Shown piece by piece: positions 61,937 through 64,000 of a stretch of 64,000 nucleotides of DNA. Location: positions 2,294,001 through 2,358,000 of the forward strand of contig NC_058368.1 of the NCBI RefSeq assembly GCF_018350175.1. The letters run 5' to 3'. This DNA is from Felis catus. Taxonomy: Eukaryota. Below the pieces are notes generated by a model. The model did not search any database. It was not told where the DNA came from and saw only the letters and a program-made list of their open reading frames with translations. Numbering within the stretch: position 1 is the first letter of the stretch; each line of letters opens with the position of its first letter. Made by a program: the position numbers and the translations under genes.

Positions 61937-64000
61937 TTTATTTTATTTTTTTTTGTGGCTATATCTTTATTCAACAAGTTATTATTTTTTCCCAGATTTT
62001 ATTTAAATTCAAGTTGGTTAACATATAATGTATTGGCTGCAGGAGAATTTAGTGATTCGTCACGTCCATAAAACACCCAGTGCTCATCCTAACCAGTACC
62101 CTCTTTAATGCCCATCCCCCCACCTACCTCTCCTCCAGCAACCCTCCGTTCTCTATTTAAGAGTCTCTTACAGCTTGCCTACCTCTCTGTTTTTATCTTA
62201 TTTATTTTTCCTTCCCTCCCCTATATTCATCTGTTTAGTTTCTTAAATTCCACATATGGCTGAAATCATATGGTATTTGTCTTTCTCTGACTGACTTATT
62301 TAGCTTAGCGTATAATACACTCTAGCTCCATCAACGTCATTGCAAATGGCAACATTTCATTCTTTTTGATGGCTGAGTAATATTCTGATGTATGTGCATG
62401 TATGTATATGTGTGTATACATACATTACTCACATGTATACACACATATACATATATACACATGCACATCAAGTTTTCTTTTTCCATTCATCAGTTGATGG
62501 ACACAGGCTGTTTCCATAATTTGGCTATTGTTGATAGTGCTGCTATAAACAATAGGGTACATTTGCCCCTTCGAATCAGTATTATTATATACTTTGTATA
62601 AATGCAATTCCTGTATTGTAGTGCAACTGCTGTGTTGTAGGGTAGTTATTTTCAACTTTTGAGGAATTTCCATACTGTTTTCCAGAGTGGCTGTACCAGT
62701 TTGCATTCTCACCAATGGTGTAAGAAGGTTCCCCTTTCTCTGCATCCTCACCAACATTTGTGGTTTCCTGAGTTGTTCATTTTAGCCATTTTGACAGGTG
62801 TGAGGTGGTATCTCATTGTGGTTCTGATTTGTATTTTCCTGATGATGAGTGATGTGGAGCATTTTTTCATGTGTCTGCTAGCCATTTGTGTGTCTCCTTT
62901 GGAGAAATGTCTATTCATGTCTTCTGCCTATTTCCTTCTTAGCTGGATTACTTATTTTTTGGGTGTTGAGTTTGGTAAGTTCTTTACAGATTGTGGATAC
63001 TAGCCCTTTATCTGGTATGTCATTTGCAAATATCTTCTCCCATGACACAGGTTGCCTTTGCTTTGTTGATTGTTTCCTTCACTGTGCAGAAGCTTTTTAT
63101 CTTGAAGAAGTCCTAACAGTTCATTTTTGCTTTTGTTTCCCTTGCTTCCAGCAACATGTTTAGTAAGAAGTTGCTACAGCTGAGGTAAAGAGGTTGCTGC
63201 CTGTGTTCTCCTCTAGGATTTTGATGGTTTCCTGTCTCACATTTAGGTCTTTCATCCATTATGAGTTTATTTTTGTGTATGGTGTAAGAAAGTGGTCCAG
63301 GTTCCTTCTGCATGTCGCTGTTCAGTTTTCCCCATACTATTCGTTGGAAACTGTCTTTTTTGCATTGGCTACTCTTTCCTTCTTTGTCAAAGATTAATTG
63401 CATACAGTTGCGGGTCCACTTCTGGGTTTTTTATCCTGTTCCACTGATCTCTGTCTGTTTTTGTGCAAGTACCATACTGTCTTGACGATTACAGCTTTAT
63501 AATACAGCTTGAGGTCTGGAATTTTGATGCCTCCTGCTTTTCTTTTCTTTTTCAACATTACTTTGGCTATTCGGGGTCTTTTCTGGTTCCATACAAATTT
63601 CAGAACTGTTTGTTCTAGTTCTGTGAAAAATGCTGTGTTATTTTGATAGGGATTGCACTAAATGTGTAGATTGCCTTGGGTAGTATAGACAGTTTAACAT
63701 TTTTTCTTCTGATCCATGAGCATGGGATGTTTTTCCACTTGTTTGTGTCTTCTTCAATTTCTTTCATCGGTGTTTTACGGTTTTCAGGGTACAGACCTTT
63801 CACCTCTTTGGTTAGGTTTATTCCTAGGTATCTTAATGGGTTTTGGTGCAACTGTAAATGGGATTGATTCCTCGATTTCTCTTTCTGTTGCTTCATTATT
63901 GGTGTATTGAAATGCCATAGGTTTCTGTACATTCATTTTGTATCCTGTGACTTTGCTGAATTCAGGTATCAGTTCTAGCAATTTCTTTGGTGGAATATTT
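61937..64000 (-). mobile_element. Carnivore L1 (3' UTR and ORF2 C-terminal part), continuing beyond the window
   Basis: ORF 63615..63932 ([11 protein letters not shown]...WKNIPCSWI), 62425..62757; homologous to the 7.4-9.3 kb L1 segment. Confidence 0.95.

Overview
Mammalian genomic DNA from a cat-family (felid) carnivore, judged from dense tRNA-derived CanSINEs including young SINEC_Fc-type copies and carnivore L1s; the species cannot be determined here. The only protein-coding gene I can support is the 3' part of MICU2 (mitochondrial calcium uptake 2, EFHA1) on the minus strand. It has six GT-AG coding exons (45420-45482, 34453-34550, 22852-23023, 17635-17743, 17014-17171, 14556-14660; exons 7-12 by recalled human numbering) that splice in frame to 234 aa plus stop, with a poly(A) signal at 14033-14038. 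Upstream exons lie beyond 64000, and ~1-14000 is downstream intergenic DNA. The rest is mostly repeats: a near-full-length degenerate L1 (7.4-13.0 kb), several older L1s in MICU2 introns (the large ones all sense to the gene), ~40 CanSINEs, MIR/L2, solo LTRs, DNA transposon remnants, microsatellites and a 21-copy 56-bp GC-rich minisatellite. I see no convincing novel multi-gene system. The best leads are the intronic minisatellite (ETS+RUNX motif array, G4-like, cryptic donors) with CpG-enriched flanks, a CpG-rich antisense-promoter-like island at 31.3-31.7 kb, and a polyadenylated LTR-like retrocopy in sense orientation. Exon and TSD coordinates were indexed by hand. Repeat boundaries are approximate and subfamily names come from recalled consensus sequences, not searches.
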